Shown: positions 62,001-64,000 of the stretch, one piece after another
How the letters are laid out: each line of letters opens with the position of its first letter
Numbering within the stretch: position 1 is the stretch's first letter
DNA from: Takakia lepidozioides
Lineage: Eukaryota > Plantae > Bryophyta
Length of the DNA stretch: 64,000 bases
Assembly (NCBI GenBank): GCA_030704615.1
Contig: CM060734.1
Coordinates: forward strand, 62,000,001-62,064,000
Direction of reading: 5' to 3'
The notes under the pieces: generated by a model
The model's database searches: none
What the model was told of the DNA's origin: nothing
What the model saw: only the letters and a program-made list of their open reading frames with translations
Position numbers and translations under genes: made by a program

Positions 62001-62934
62001 CAAATGTACTGAGAGGCTTTATACACAGGATTGAAAACTTTCTTGCTCTCATGAGTCTTCAAAATGGTAGATACGTTCGGCGCTTATGGCCCCTCTCTAG
62101 TCCCTGATGGTGATTTGTAGGCCTACCCTCCACAAAAGGATATGCAAGACAATCGCAGAAAATCATCTTTCCAAAGAAAGGCAGGGCATGACTGCTGAGC
62201 CATGGGAGGATGCTGTTTTGAGTGTCTCATCAAACTTCCAATGTAGGAATAAGATAATGTAATCGTCCAATGGGTGGGAGAACCCATGGCCAGCAGATGC
62301 ATGCATTGAGTGGGAATGATCTTGGAATAAACAAGAGTATGCAATTCTCGTAATACCCATTGTAGGCAGGTCATGTTTGTCCCATATGGCCGCTGCAAGA
62401 AGTCTTTGATCAATGTGCACGCCCCACTGCACAAGCAATCCACCACATCATAAATTGAGCTTGCACCCACAAGAGAGCAGGCTCTTGCTTTTCACAAGCA
62501 GTCCCTGTGAGAGACAACTGGGTCTGCAGGTCTTTCAACTTACATTTAACATGCAAGTCCTTCGACAACCATGTTGCAAAACTGAAGTGTTAGCTTGTAA
62601 TAATTGATGTGCACACTTAATTTGGTCCACAACATGCCCTTAGATATGAGCATCCTGGGTGGGACAGGCCACCTATGTCTACCTATTAGCCCCCCAATAG
62701 ACAAAAGTGGAAAGTGTCAGTCCTCACCTCATGAAATGTTTTCTACCTCAGTGATGCCAAACATTGAAGTTTGTCAACCAACCCACCATTTTCAGTCATA
62801 AGAAACTACATACGGTGCACTAAAACTTTCTCATTACACGAGAAACGGGACAGTGGAATTAATAATATCACATCGTAAAATGTAAACTAGATTTTACTAT
62901 TTTTCAAGGAAGTATCGATCTCATCGGCAAACCA

Positions 62935-63290
62935 TCAACCTGGGAATAAGTGTCGACACTGTTGATACAGGCACCTGTCTGCGTGTTCCAAAATTTAATA
63001 CAGCGATCAGCAGTACCCCCTCCAGACGCGAGTAAGTTGGCCTAGAAGGGGCACCAGGCAAAGTGACAGCTGCATCCCAAATGTGGAGCAAGTTGTCATT
63101 GCCTCCACTTGCTAGCTGTTGGCCTGACGGTGACCACTTGAGGCCACACACCTCCTGATTGTGTATCACTTCTTGTTGATTCATTACCCCAAACTTTCTC
63201 TGCCTCACAGAAGCTATTCAATGCTTGGAAAAGAGCCCAAAAGAAAACAACCTTACCATCATGATTGATGATGTGGCTGTCACGACCAAA
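62935..63290 (-). pseudogene. CDC20: CDC20/Fizzy WD40 gene fragment
   Basis: RDSHIINHD…[30 protein letters not shown], then after a deletion/frameshift [28 protein letters not shown]. Confidence 0.88.
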
Positions 63291-63754
63291 ACACGTTCAC
63301 AAGCCTAAGCAAGCAAAATGATGTGATCTGTGGAGCCTTTGCACGAAATCCGAAGCTGATCGAATGAGGGAAATGCCACGGTTTGCATTGAGCAGCGAGA
63401 CTGTTGAGAGCTTGCAAGGTGCACGATGGCGGAAAACGCAGAGCTCCTGCAGTTCAAGAACTTCAAGAACCGGGCAGTCCGGGCAATTCCAAAACAACTT
63501 GGCGCTTTGGGGTTTTTTGCACGGGCAATCAGGGCAGACTCGACAGAATTTGACGACGAAACGTGGCAACGATGACATGGGGACGAAAACGTGGCACTTT
63601 GGCACCCTATTCCTGCTCTACGCTAAACTAGCTTCCGACCTTCGGTCATCGCTAGAATAAGCAAGCGGCTCCGCCACAAGAGGCTCTAGCCTTGCTCTCT
63701 CCTTCGGTGATTCTCGGGTTGTTGTTATACTTTTTCCACGAGAATCATGTGATA

Positions 63755-63882
63755 CCCTCCATAGACTAGGCATGGATAAGCCTAGTTCTCCCCATAGGCA
63801 AGACCTCTATCTCTTGCGGGTCCCATCAACCTTCCATAGACTAGGCTTAATGGATAAGCCTAGTTCTCCACCTAGGCAAGAT
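63755..63882. repeat. Two ~48-bp direct repeats, each containing an ACTAGG…CCTAGT hairpin; probable TE sequence running off the window
   Basis: TCCATAGACTAGG…ATGGATAAGCCTAGTTCTCC…TAGGCAAGA at ~63758 and ~63833. Confidence 0.6.
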
Positions 63883-64000
63883 GTTGGTATCCCGATTCCC
63901 TAATGCCTCTATCCTTACGGGATAAAGCCAACAATAGACGAACCTTAAGTGGACAATTTTAATTAATTCGCATGGATAGAGTTCGGAGCAGCGCAACATA

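Overview
Eukaryotic nuclear DNA from a land plant. It is probably a non-seed plant (bryophyte/lycophyte-like), which I infer from gene style, TE types and the many PLS-DYW PPR relics. The window has three zones. (1) 1-10.6 kb is TE/repeat-rich: a diverged ~497-bp tandem array studded with a 20-bp palindrome and interrupted by a MITE, a PPR relic, a decayed DD35D pogo/Fot-like transposase, and a 53-bp minisatellite carrying a tRNA-derived SINE and an L1 3' end. (2) 11-51 kb is gene-dense: intronless ClpF, an eIF4A-like half-helicase, an intronless E2(UBC)-F-box-like-large-domain gene, an orphan 316-aa ORF, acireductone dioxygenase, an LCAT3/4-like phospholipase with an intronic LINE, a V-ATPase c pseudogene, an ASR3/SH4-type trihelix factor with a duplicated DNA-binding module, a PAP2 lipid phosphate phosphatase and an EMB8-like gene. 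(3) 52-64 kb is a mosaic of gene fragments (MAP1, several PPR-DYW pieces, RLK, CDC20) with a Helitron-like hairpin and a TTAA-flanked piggyBac-like element. The best candidate for a novel system is the E2/F-box-like fusion at 18372-20459. Exon boundaries were read by eye and no database searches were run.
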